Part shown: piece after piece, positions 25,299 through 38,016 of the stretch
Layout: every line of letters starts with the position of its first letter
Position numbering within the stretch: position 1 is the first letter of the stretch
Assembly: GCF_011386835.1 (NCBI RefSeq)
Contig: NC_088791.1
Span: 88,784,001-88,848,000 of the forward strand
Source of the DNA: Chrysemys picta bellii
Lineage: Eukaryota
Direction: 5' to 3'
Length of the DNA stretch: 64,000 bases
The notes under the pieces: generated by a model
Databases searched by the model: none
Told to the model about the DNA's origin: nothing
The model's input: only the letters and a program-made list of their open reading frames with translations
Program-made: the position numbers and the translations under genes

Positions 25299-28200
25299 TG
25301 TAAAGATATTTCAGGATCACCAACCAGGCCCACAGGTTACCTTATGAACCTAGGTAATCAGACTGCTTCCTGTAGCTGATGACCACAGCTAATTCCAAAT
25401 TCAGAACCAAGGAACAGGTTTATTTCAGCAGATGTACAGAATGCCACACCCCAGTGATCAGTTGGGGGTGAGTAGCCAATGCATTTGCTACATCTACACA
25501 TGTACAAAATGCTGTATAGAAACAAAGGCAAAGACTTAAGTCGCAGCACACTTTTTTTTATACCCCAAATGATACGTTTTTATCAATTCCTCCCCCTAAT
25601 TTGTTGTATTATAATAATTAATATTTATGACCATCTACAAAATTCCACAGTACAGAATAGAGTATATATCATGTTTATCTACTTACCAGCAACAATAAAG
25701 CTATTAATCTCATTTAAGACATGAACTTACTTTTTTTTTTCCTGGTCATGTTTGGGAGGTGTCTTCTTTGTCCTGTACCCAAGTTAGAGACATTCAGGAA
25801 CATTCAAAAAACTGAGTAACAGGATATTTAGTAAGCCAAGAAGGCTTTGCTTGTGCTCCTTTCCAAAAGGTTTATCCAAAGGTTTTATTAACCAAACTAA
25901 ACTAGGCCAACATTTATATGATATATGCATCTGCTTATATATTAGCCAAGATATGATTCATTAAATATACTTAGGCCCTTACCATCTTATATAAGGTAGT
26001 TCCCCTTCCCTTCCTTACAGTACCCAAAAGTCTTCTCATAGATCAGTCCTGAAATATGCTTCATGCCCCAGGGCATGCCAGGCAATGAATAGCCAGTTTC
26101 ATAATATCCTAGAAGTTACTGCAACACTCCTACTGTTCCAGTGGCATTTAGTACCACCTTCCTCAAGTCCCTTACCATCTTTGCCATGAAAACATCTTCA
26201 AATTACTTACTAGCTCCATAGTACAATGTGTACAAAGAGATGACAATGTGAGTGGAGGAAGTCTGTGTGTAATCCCTGGGAGATGGCCTGAATGGAGACT
26301 GGAAAACGGCAAGGTAGTCATTTTCATCCTCCTTTTGCCTCCACTACTTGTTGCTGTCTGTATAATGCTGCTGCTTGGTTTAAAGGAAAAGAAGTGGGAT
26401 ACTGGATCTTCTCATTTTGCCCACTCTCCCATCCGCTCTATTTAGAGTCCCCAAGACTTGATTTTTAAAAATAATTTTCTATAATTCCTCATTTTTTTTT
26501 ATACTGAGTCATGTTATTAAGTCCTGCCTAACTATAAAGACAATGAAATTCTACATTTTTGGACAATACCAGTTGCTTCTGTGAGTAGCTGAAAATAAGA
26601 GCCCCTTTCTAAGTGAATTTTATTGTATTTTCTATATTCCGTTGTGGTATTTTCATTTCTGGAGCGTCTTCCGATAAAAATGATTTCCATCTGTTGCTTT
26701 TTGTTTGTTTCTTTGTTTCAAAATGTTCATCTCATTTTATAGGATTTGCAGGATGCAGCAAAATCTGACCAATCAGATTTCCTGATCTATCATCTTTTTC
26801 CTGCCTTGTCCCTAACTTTGCTGTCATTTTTCCAAGTGGACACATGAAGGACACATTTATTTCATTCAAAGATAGAACCGGGGTCATCTTAGAGTGCTGG
26901 TCACTACCTATCTTATCTATATTTGTTTAATAAAGTATTAAATTTATTTATTTGGTGATATAAAGTAATATTCCTTGTGCAGTACATGCAATACTGTGAG
27001 TGTTGATTTGAATGAGTGCAGAAATTATCACTCAGAAAACTAGACTCCTTACCTATTCCAAAATAAGGAACTCATTCCTCTAACTGATAGCCAGAAATAA
27101 CTGTTCTATGTTAAGAAATGGTGAACTTCTGAATTGTTTATATAAACATTGGGAACAATACTTAGAAATTGATGCTATATACACTCACATCACACACAAA
27201 ATCAATACAATGCAATTTTACTTTAAGTTTGCAGATCTTTAGAAATTATGGGTAAAAATGATCAGAAGGAGTTTTGAGAAATTGTGAAGAAATCCACCAC
27301 CCTTTCCCATTTCTTATCCTCTTCTGCCTTTTGATGAATATTATTTTTCAAGATGAAGAATTTTTAAATGATATAACATTTCAATATTTATTACTAATGA
27401 CACACAAACAACATAACAAATTAAAAATATTATAACTGTTGATCATTGTTGTCAGTTTTACTTCAGGATTACTTATAGCTTGAAGAGCAAATTATTTTTT
27501 CCAGCACAGGGAAAGCTGTAGAACTTGCCAGTAGACACTCAGCTTTCTCCATTCAGTACTGAACAAAGAGATATCAAGTAACAAGCCCACCTGTAAACAT
27601 GTCTAAAATATTACCTCTGTATTAACACAATAAATGGGAACTGAATGTTAAACATTGTCAAAGTTCAGTCAGATACCCCTGGTGTATTAATATAGCTGTT
27701 TCTGTCTGTAGCTAGAGCAGACACCATGCTAGTACTAATTACCAACCAAAGCAGGATAATCCATCCATTGGTGCAGCCTCAGCTTCTCAACCTCCTCCTG
27801 CAACCTCTTGAAATTCAGTTTTGTGTGCTCGACCTATCACATTTTACCAATATCAACGGGATCTCTGACAGCATCTCCAGTTTCCACTGCAAATTTAAGA
27901 TCACCTCCTTTAATAGCATTTGCAACTTCTTCATGTTCATGGTTTTTTTTTTTTCTGCTTCTCTACTTTTCCATTCTGATATGTTTCTGTAGGCAGTTAT
28001 TTTGGCTGGGCCTTATTGAGGCATGTGCTAGCTGATCATATTTAGCTTGGCCTGAAGGACTTTTTTATTTCCTTATTTTTATGTCTTCAGGAAGAGATAA
28101 GAATGTGTTATAAAAAGTAATGGTATGATTTATAAAGTGTGGAATAATAATGATACTATTACTATATTAGCATGAATAGTACTACACAGAGTTCATTCCC

Positions 28201-28689
28201 AGTGTTGTGACTGGATAATTGAATTTAAAATTCAAGTAGTATTTGGCCAAGTTTGTGAGGACTTACATTCAGCTCAATTTCCTTTCACTATTTTTTTTCC
28301 CCATCTGTCATGGGACCTTTCCCATGATAACCTCAGAATGTCATCATATCCAATTAATTCCAGAATTTCAGGGAATGTTGAAGTCACCAATGGATGGAAT
28401 CCAATTAACTTTGGGAGAGAATGAAATACTGAAAGAGGGGAAATGGGGGACACATATAGATGCTGTCATCTATTAATGGCACTTATTAACACCTTGCAGA
28501 ATAACAATATTCCTGCACATCCTTCCAATACATTTTAACATATTGATATCCTGAATAACAGAAGAGAAATAATTGTTCACCTTACTAGGAGCTGTGGGGC
28601 AGATACTCAGCCAGAGGGAGAGAGGAGGCTTCATTCTTTCCCTCCTCCTTAAAGACTGTTCCAAGTAGGAAATAGAGAGTATTAGGGGT

Positions 28690-29560
28690 TAGGATCCACA
28701 AAAGGATCTAGCTATTGCAAGGCTGAGTGTCACATCACCTGACTTTTAGGAACCTAGACAATCACAGGAACGCCACTATGATCCAGAAAGACAAGTAAGG
28801 TTCCTAGGCACCCTATAAACTGAATGGGGAGAGAGAGGCCCCTAAAATAAAATGCATAAAAGCCAGCACACTTGATGGTAAACCACCTAAGATACCAAAG
28901 AAAACTGCCAGCAAGATGGAGGAGTTAAGCCCCTCCCATCTCTTAAAGTTAGGCATCTAGGTCCAGGCTGCAAGAATGTACCTAGCTCTGCTAGTGATCC
29001 ACAAAGGGGAACCAGCATCTTAGAGTTAGGTGGCTTAGGCACCTAATGTGTTTCTTGAGGCCATGAGTTAGATGCCAGCCTTGCTCCATGAGAAATGGCC
29101 AGAGGATGAGACACTGCCCAGGCTATAGATGTTATCCCAGTAGTTAGCACCCTCACCCAGGATATGGGAGACCTAGACTCAATTTCCCCTCTCTGTCAGA
29201 AAGGATTTGAAGAAGGGTCTCCCAACTCTCAAGAGGGTTCATTAACCACTTAGCTATAGGATACACTAATATGGAACTCCTTCAGTCTCTCCTATGGAAG
29301 TTGCTCCCCTGTGGATAAACAAAAGAGAGATTAGAGCTGGGGGACTAGACCCAGACTTTCCGTCTTTTAGGGGGGTGCCCTAACTACTGGAGTACAGAGT
29401 CATTCAGTCTGTTGCTCTCTGTCTTGCTTACCCAGAGACTATTTAAGTATTTCTCCATAGTGCATGGTCATTGGGCCAGGGAGAGCGAGAGCATGACTTG
29501 TAGTCCAGTGGTTAGGGCACCCTCCTTAGAGGTAGAAACCCTAGGTCTAGTCCCCTACCT
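28690..29560. repeat. Composite interspersed repeat with three tRNA-like (SINE-head) cassettes
   Basis: A-box-like CCAGTRGTTAG plus B-box-like segments at about 29120-29190 (+), 29340-29400 (-) and 29495-29560 (+); repeated TAGGCACCTA motifs. Confidence 0.45.
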
Positions 29561-29938
29561 TAATCACTTTTTCATTATTTATGCACACTAGAACACCTTC
29601 CACAGGAGAGACTGAGGGAGCCCCAGTTCAGAATGGGTTATTTTGTAGTTTTTTTTTCTTTATTATATAAACCACAATATGTGGCCAGGAGAATGAGGTG
29701 ATAAATTAATGAGCCATGTGATAACTTAATTTACTCTGGTCCTTTGTCTCACCAGCTGTCCACAAACAGCCGATTCTCAACCACTTCACCTACTCTGTGC
29801 AAACCAGAGCTGCAAGATGTTACCATCTCTTGACCCTTGTCCTAAGGACTCCCTTTAAAACATCACCTACACTTAACCCCAACCTAAAGTGCAGTCACAT
29901 ATCCTATCAGAGTGCTGCAAATCCTCATGGAGAGAATC

Positions 29939-30890
29939 GGGCCTTGTCTACACTGGCAAGTTTCTGCTCAGTAAAGCAGCTTTCTGCATTGTAACTCCCG
30001 AGGTGTACACACTGCCAAGCCAATTAGTGCGCAGAAACTGCGCAGTTGCAGCGCTGGGAAAAAAAACACCCCAACGAGAGGTGTACAGCTTTCTGAGCCA
30101 GGGCTACAGCGTCGCGGTGCCAGTGTAGACACCCTGGTAGTTTACAGTGCTGTGATTGACCTCTGGGAGGTGTCCCACAATACCTGTTCTCACCTCTCTG
30201 GTTATTGGTTTGAACTCTACTGCCCTGCCCTCAGGTGACCAACCGTGAGTCCCACCCCTTAAATTCCTTGGGGAATTTTGAAAGTCCCCTTCCTGTTTGC
30301 TCAGTGACACATGCAGTGGTCTCAGCGCATCTTTCCAGGTGACCATGCCTGCTAAACACACCAGGCTATCCCCTCCTTGGAGCAATGCCAAACTACTGGA
30401 CCTCATCAGCATTTGGGGAAAGGAGGATGTCCAGGCCCAGCTCCGCTCCATCTGTAGGAATTATGATATCTACAGACAGATTTCACAATGCATAACAGAA
30501 AGGGGACATGACCAGGACACACTGCAGTGCAGGCACAAAGTGAAGGAGCTGTGGAATGCCTACCACAAGGCGCTGGAGGCAAACCGCCGCTCTGGTGCTG
30601 CACCCACGAGCTGCCAGTTCTACAAAGAGCTGGACACGACACTCAGTGGCTACCCCACCTCCCCTGCAAAGGCAACTGTGGATACTTTGGTGGCTCACGT
30701 GCCAGTCAAGAATGGACCAAGTCAGAAGGAAGATATCTTGGACGAGGATGTGGAGGGGGACCCAGAGGCAGAGGACAACTTGGAGGTCAGAGATTCATGC
30801 AGCCAGGAGCTCTTCTGTACTCCGAAGAAGGCTAGCCAGTCACAGCTGTCGGATCTTGGTGAAGCGCAAACAGGAGAAGAGGACCCTGGC
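29939..30890 (+). mobile_element. PIF/Harbinger left-end fragment with Myb/SANT-like exon
   Basis: TIR GGGCCTTGTCTACACT; acceptor TTTCCAG|GTGACCATG at 30345; WS..KLLDLISIWG..GHDQDTLQCRHKVKELWNAY..CQFYKELD trihelix motif. Confidence 0.85.
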
Positions 30891-31079
30891 AAAATTCACA
30901 CCCCTAAGCGATGCAGTTAAACTGACCTAACCCCTGGTGTAGCCCAACAACCTATGGAGAGGCGGAGTACCTATGCCGATGGGAGTAGACCCTCCCTCTC
31001 ATCAGCAAAAGTAGCTTCTTGACTGAAGTGTTACAGTGGCACAACTGCACCAATGCAGCTGTGCTGCTGTAGTGTGTAA

Positions 31080-32385
31080 TAAGAATAGGCAAGCCCACAG
31101 AGAATGCAGCTGTTACTTGTACCTGCTTACTGCAGTGGTGCCAGCCAAAGTCATTGCAGAGTGGCATGGGACAATGTCCTACTGCAGAGGAAGAAATAGA
31201 AGGCAGCCATCCCTAAAAACCTTCAGGAGAGGGTTGCAGAGTATCTCCATGAAAGTTTCATTGAGATCTCTCAGATAGATAAAGAGACATCCCTGTGTGC
31301 ACAGGCAAAGTGTGCCACATACCCACCCACCTCCTGCCTACTCAGTAAGGGGAATGAAAAGCAGACGCCAACTCTACTTTTATTTCTTATCCTGCTACCT
31401 CTTCTCATACAAGCAAAACAATGAAAAATTTGTATGTTTATCTTATTAACTTGGGAATGGGCCAGTTGCCATCTTTTAAATTAAGCATAGTAAGGAAAAA
31501 TGCACAGGCACACTTACCTGAGGTCTCTTCCCCTTCATCAGGTTCATCTGTGCCAGACTGTTGGTTCTGGGTAGATTATGGTATAGTTGTGAACAGGTCC
31601 TGGGTCATGGCATGGCTGGAGCCCCCTGCCATGTCTCTCCCCTCCTCCTTGCTGTTCACATTATGACATACAGCTCATTGTAAAAGCAGCAGGTCAACGG
31701 CTCAACACCAGATCAGTTGTGCTCCCTGGCCTTGTGGTATACATGGCAGAATTCCTTTGCTTTCATGCAGCACTGCTGCTGAACCTTGTCATGTCCCTTA
31801 GCCTGCATCCTCATGTTCAGAGATATCCATGTTTCTAGGGCTGACCCATAGCTGTGCTTACATAGCCTCTTCTCCCCACAGGCATAGAAAATCCAATACT
31901 TCTTGTCTATACCAGGCAGAAGCACATCTAGTAAGTGGAGCAGGCATCTTTGGTTGGGCAGTTGCACTCAGCAAATTAGAGCTGTTAGGTTCGTGGTCAA
32001 GGTGTGCAATCAGGAAAAGGCATTTCAAAAATACATGGCAGGTGGGTTTATGTGGTTGGGGATGGGGATTTCCCATTTCTGACCCCTGGGCAGTGGAGTT
32101 AAAAATAGTGACCAGAGAGCCATCACTGTCTCAGGGAATTGGGCATTGTGGGACAGCTGCTGGAGGATTGTTAGGGTCAACACACATCATGCAGTGTCTA
32201 CACTTGGGAACTGGTCAACTTCAATAGGTCAACCAGGATTCATGCTGTTAAGGGGAATTGGTTGACTGTGTTGCCATAGCACAGTGTTTATGTTGCCCAG
32301 AGACAAATTTGAGTGTAGACACATGCACAAATAGGTTGACTCAAGGTGATTTATGGTGAGCTAAATTTGTAGAGTAGATCAGGCC
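31080..32385 (-). mobile_element. Second, divergent PIF/Harbinger left-end fragment, decayed
   Basis: Diverged TIR at 32385, decayed Myb-like exon at about 31520-31970 (GHDKVQQQCCMKAKEFCHVYHKAREHN), donor CAG|GTAAGT near 31518. Confidence 0.75.
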
Positions 32386-33047
32386 TGTATTGCAAGCATA
32401 AGATTAAAATTCTGCTTTCCCTTAAATGCTTTTATTTTTTTGTCTGTCTTTTTGATTTGCATCTTGAAATAAAGGGATCTGAAAAGCTAGAAAACATATT
32501 TCCACGAACCATCACCACTGGACCACCCCTCCCAAAAATGTATGAAATAAAGTGATTTAATAAAAAAAAAGTCCTATGTTTAATTGAAAACTCTTCCTCC
32601 CTTGTCCAATAGAAGAGGGTATTCGAGATGAGTGCATGCAGGTTGATTGCTTTGTGTAAGTGGTAGGAGGAGACCTGGAAAACTTGAAGGTGAGTGACCT
32701 AATGGGTCCAAATTGAAGTATCTGTCTATGATAAAGATGGGGACACAGTTTCTGCACCAAGCAGTCAATATTTGAAGGGATTCCCCAACCCTGGTGCCTT
32801 GGCTCACAGGGATACTTACGCAGCAATATCATGGGAAGCCTCAGAAAAAACATACTCTAATGCAAAGGAATTCTTCATTTCTCATCATTGCTCCAGCCCT
32901 AATCCTCCAAAAAGTTTTTTTTGTATGTTGATAACTATTTTTTCTGTCCTATCTTTTTAGAGTATAGTTTCTGGGGCAGAGATAATCTCCTATTCTATGT
33001 TGGTACAGTACCTAGAACAATGAGGGTCTAATGCTGGTTGGGGCCGT

Positions 33048-33128
33048 CTACACCTTCAGCGTTTTAGCGGAGGCTTTTGCTCCAGGAGCAGAGACAGCAG
33101 AAGCAACAACAGGTGCAGTTTCCGACAT
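33048..33128 (-). pseudogene. H1: Histone H1 5' fragment
   Basis: MSETAPVVASAVSAPGAKASAKTLKV*; its 5' flank resembles that of the H1 pseudogene at 53650. Confidence 0.8.
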
Positions 33129-33622
33129 ATTAGCAGAAGTTTTCTATAATTAATTCTTCTCCCATATTCAAGCTGAGGAACAGGGCTTGTGTTGTTGCTT
33201 CTTTTGTACATCAATTTGCACCGTACAGATTAATTCGAATCCCTGCCTTGCTACACAGATCTGGAAAAAGCTCTTTAAAGGAAAAGATTCCATTGTAGTT
33301 GTAATTTTATTTCTAACGGTTCAGGTTTCATTTCCACAGAAAAAAAAAAACACAAGTTTCTTCTGTCTCTGGTCCATCTTTAAGTGTCTCCAACGAGAAG
33401 CTGCACTGAATAAAAATACCCTGTTTCCCCTTCACTCGGCTGTGTGATGAGATGATTCTGTGGCAGATATTGTACAAAAGTACACGTTTTTTAACTACAA
33501 AAAAGAAACTGAGCTAGGAGAAAAGTTCTTTCTAGTTCGCAGCGAACCAATCTCAGAGCAGCTCTATCTGGATAACAAACAGGTACCAGCTGTACTTCCC
33601 CTCCATTCTTCTCGCTATTAGT

Positions 33623-34108
33623 ATGTAGGAAACTGCGCTAAAAAGCCGAAAAAAAGCAACAGGAGGCAGCGAACCCCGGAAGTTCTCGCACCGAGCTCGT
33701 CACCAAAGCAATGGCTCTTCAAAAGGCTCAGGCAGCTGGAGGGTACGATGTGGTGAAAAGCAACAACCGCCTCAAGCTGAAACTCAATAGCCTGGTGACC
33801 CAGGGCATCTTGGTCCAGATCAAAGGCTCTTGTGCCTCTGGCTCCTTTAAACTCAACAAGACGACGAGGGAAACCAAAGAAAAAGCGCCGAAGAAAAAGC
33901 CAGTGGCAAAGCCTTAGAAACCAATTGCCAAGAAGCTGTAGCCCTGGAGCGGGAAGAGGGACACAGGAACTGCAGCTGTCAAGATAGCAGCCAGGAGCCC
34001 CCTCCAAAAAGCCGCCAAGCTCAACGAGGCAGCTACGAGCCCGACTGCCGAGTCTACGCCAAGGAAACCTAAAGCAGGAAAGCTAAGGCGGCGGCACCCA
34101 AGCAGTGA
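33623..34108 (+). pseudogene. H1: Histone H1 pseudogene
   Basis: ATG TAG GAA ACT (stop at codon 2), deletions, [23 protein letters not shown]; stem-loop decayed to GACTATTTTAAGAGCC (34148-34163). Confidence 0.92.
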
Positions 34109-34439
34109 AATTCCTGAGAAGGCTCTTCTCAAGCAAATAAACCCAACGACTATTTTAAGAGCCACCCATCCGACCGTTCCCAAAAGGAGCTGAAATACCA
34201 GGTTAATCTAACAATGTCCTGATGCTTTCCATAAAACAAAAAAAATTCCTTCTTTACTTAATGTGGGGGAGAAATAATAAAATACTTATTTACGTGTACC
34301 ACTCTGAATGAATGAATGTGAACCGCTCTAGGAAAGTGTTTTGTTCCTTTCTTACCATAATTGTTCAGTCTATGCTAGAAATCTGTATTATGAAAACTTT
34401 TTAACGTGCCAACAAGCTGAAACAGACTAGTCTTGGAGT

Positions 34440-34503
34440 CCAATGTCCCCTGTATGGCGTTGTGCTCTCAATTTGAAAAACCCGCCTTGTGAAAGGATTG
34501 GCT
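34440..34503 (-). promoter_or_regulatory. Orphan promoter-like module, partial copy
   Basis: Reverse strand CCAATCCTTTCACAAGGCGGGTTTTTCAAA between convergent H1 pseudogene and H2A. Confidence 0.45.
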
Positions 34504-34726
34504 AATGACAACTACCACTTGCAATTCCCTTAAAGAGACAATTAGACACTCCCTTTACCATTTTCGTTATTAGTTTAATTCAGCTCCGTTAATATCCTAA
34601 TCCACGCCCCATGTTACAAGTATTAATTATTTCAAAAAGAACATAAAGACTTACTTTATGTTACCGGTTCTTTCCTAGATCGAGAGAAAGCGAAAGATAA
34701 CAGAGCCCTTTTTTGATTTTGTGGGT

Positions 34727-34742
34727 GGCTCTGAAAAGAGCC
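34727..34742 (-). terminator. Histone 3' stem-loop (H2A)
   Basis: GGCTCTTTTCAGAGCC-ACCCA. Confidence 0.95.
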
Positions 34743-34789
34743 GTTGCAATGGTTTTTGGAGTAATATTTTCCGTTTCTTCTTGGTCGTT

Positions 34790-35191
<402 letters not shown>

Positions 35192-35570
35192 CTAGAAATC
35201 AACTACAGTAATATACTTTCTCCAGAAAAAAATATATAACACGATTTAATTCCCAGCCCGCCCTTATATCCTTTCTGTTTTCAGAGCTAAACGCTTTGTG
35301 ATAGGCTGAAAGGAAGCTATTGTTTGAATAGCCAATAGTGATGCGAATCTAATTCTGACCAATGATAAGGTTCCATTTGACATTAATGAAGGATCATGTG
35401 TCTCATATGCAATTTGAAATTAGGAAAGAGAATAGTCATTTCCACAAGATGTTTATAAACAGGCACCCTCCGGAGTTTGTATGCATGTTTTTGAGCTGAC
35501 TGGAGACAGAAACGTACACACAAAAAGGTAGAAGGCATTGAGAAGTAAAAATAAACTAAGTGCTATCAAC

Positions 35571-36021
35571 ATGCCTAAGCCATCGAAATCTGCTCCTGCT
35601 CCTAAGAAAAGTTGTAAAAAAGCTTACCAGACCCACTAAATCGACCTTCTAAAAATGTTAATGTATTACTGACAGGTGAAACCTTAAATTAGAGTGAATA
35701 AATGAAGACTCGACACACCAGTTCTGAAAGGTTGCCGACCCCTGACTTAGAAGAAGGGCGATAAGTGGGAAAAGACGAGGAGAGAAAGTTCCTCCGTTTA
35801 CCTGTATAAAGTATTCAAGCAGGTTCACCCACACACCAGCATCTCCTCCAATGCTATGGGTATAATGAACTCTTTTGTAAATGACATCTTTGAGCCTATC
35901 GCTGGAGAAGCGTTTCGTCTGGCACATTACAACAAGCGCTCAACCATCACTTCCAGGGAGATCCAGACCGCTGTAAGAGTCTGTTGCTGTGAGGCGAGCT
36001 GGCCAAACATACTGTTTCTGA
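35571..36021 (+). pseudogene. H2B: Histone H2B pseudogene disrupted by two insertions
   Basis: [13 protein letters not shown], then insert 35632-35744, then ..[25 protein letters not shown]..; frameshift; 3' end replaced by a MITE; octamer lost. Confidence 0.93.
35632..35744 (+). mobile_element. hAT-type DNA transposon end fragment
   Basis: Ends in AGGTTGCCGACCCCTG (reverse complement CAGGGGTCGGCAACCT, Charlie-like TIR); interrupts the H2B N-tail. Confidence 0.6.
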
Positions 36022-36756
36022 GGGTATACTTGCCTCCACTTACCGGGGGATCAATGCATGGAGATCCATCCACCGCAAGTCGATTTAGCGGGTCTAGTGA
36101 AATCAACAGCAGATCACTCTCCAGTCAACCCCTGTACTCTAACCCCCCCAACGTCCCCCCCACCGCCCCTCAAAAGGGTAAGGTAAGTCGACGGGAGAGT
36201 TACCCCGCGGTAACTGGACCAAAGGTATATCGACTCCAGATACGTTATTCACGTACCTCGAGTTGCGTAGCATAAGCATAAGGTAAGTTAACAGGAGAGT
36301 TTCTCCCGTCGACCCAGCGGGGTGTAGACACCGCATGGCTACATCTACAGTACAGGGGGGAGTCGATTTAAGATACGCAAATTCAGCTACGTGAATAGCG
36401 TAGCTGAATTTGACGTATCGCAGCCGACTTACCCCGCTGTGAGGACGGTGGCAAAATCGACCTCTGCGGCTTCCTGTCGACGGCGCTTACTCCCACCTCC
36501 GCTGGTGGAGTAAGAGCGTCGATTCGGGGATCGATTGTCGCGTCCCGACGGGACGCGATAAATCGATCCCCGAGAGGTCGATTTCTACCCGCCGATTCAG
36601 GCGGGTAGTGTAGACCTAGCCTCATTGAGGTGAAGTACTGGAGTTGACACTAGAGCGATCGGTGGTTGATTTGTCTCGTCTATACTAAACACAATAAATC
36701 AACCCCTGCTGGATCAATCGCTGCCCATCGATCTGGCCGATTGTGTAGACAAGCCC
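36022..36756. mobile_element. Harbinger-derived MITE complex (outer element)
   Basis: Right end GTGTAGACAAGCCC followed by TAA; diverged left end; internal inverted arms. Confidence 0.7.
36337..36621. mobile_element. Young CpG-rich Harbinger MITE nested in the outer element
   Basis: TIR GGCTACATCTACAGT / AGTGTAGACCTAGCC; internal hairpins such as CAAATTCAGCTACG..CGTAGCTGAATTTG. Confidence 0.75.
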
Positions 36757-38016
36757 TAAGAGCCATCCACCTTCTCATTCATCGAGCAGAACATCACTTA
36801 CTACTATCGACTGTGTTTTTCAAACTGCATCTAGTGGCTTGCAAGTAAATAATTCATTATCATAATTAATAATACACAGTGAGGAAGCTTTACAAAACTC
36901 TAGTCTCAGGCAAGTTGTCTGTAAATTTCTTTATTCCCACACCATATCTAGAGAGAGAGAAAGCCTGATTTCTCTTTGCTACCAGTAAATAAGCACTTGA
37001 AGTGTCATAATATTCTAGAAGATATAGGTTTCTTATCTATTGTATAAAATGGTTAATATCCCCACACTGCTGTAATGAAGGTATGATTAAACTGGTATTC
37101 ACCTAACATTAATTCAACATATCAGAATCACGCTTATAGAAAGCAAATTTAAACTGTTGCAATCTCACTGGGTTTACTAACTAAAAATCTTAGATACTAT
37201 AACCCAAATCTCTTGTTTCTCCCCATCCTCCCTCTGTCCCTGAAGAGAGTCCTTAGAGAGTGCAGCTGCATAAAATCAACTCATTTCTTACATCAAGTAA
37301 TTTCCCTATTTTCTTCTGTATTTTCAAAGCAGTTTTTTTTCACTTAGCCATAAACTTATTTAATTTCTGAACATGTTTGTGAAATTGGGGGCGGGGGGAG
37401 GTATCTGTTCTGAGGAACTTTCAATAAGGTGGAATTTAAAACAAAATATGCACAGGAACCAGGATTAAATCTGATTACGGAATCACATTGACACAATTAT
37501 TCTTTCTATTAGTTTATAGTATGAAACCCTTTAAATTACTAAATCTCCAGGATGCTAACCTATTTATCTGCCATGTGCAGAGAAGTTTTGTTACCTTTAA
37601 GTATCTATGGCCTTGGCTACACTTGTGAGTTGCAGCGCTGTAAAGCCACCCCCAGCGCTGTAACTCACTCCCCGTCCACACTGGCAAGGCATTTGCAGTG
37701 CTGTATCTCCTTGGTTGCAGCGCTGCATGTACTCCACCTCTCCGAGAGGAATAGCGAGTGCAGCGCTGCCGCTGCAGCGCTGCGGCGCCAGTGTGGCCAC
37801 CCAATGCGCTGTGAATGGCCTTCAGAATTATTCGGCAGTATCCCACAATGCCTATTCTAGCCACTCTGGTCATCAGTTTAAACTCTACTGCCCTGGCCTC
37901 AGGTAACCAACCATGTGACCGACCCTTTACATTCCCCAGGAATTTTAAAAATCCCCTTCCTGTTTGCTCAGCCCAGCGCGGCGTGGAGTGCTATCAGCGA
38001 ATCTTTCCAGGTGACC

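Noticed and set aside
29120-29560. Possible tRNA genes
   Set aside because: Only decayed A/B-box-like segments; I could not fold a cloverleaf.
36337-36621. Dense CpG hairpins suggesting a structured ncRNA or CRISPR-like array
   Set aside because: Bounded by Harbinger-type TIRs, with no repeat-spacer periodicity; explained as a MITE.
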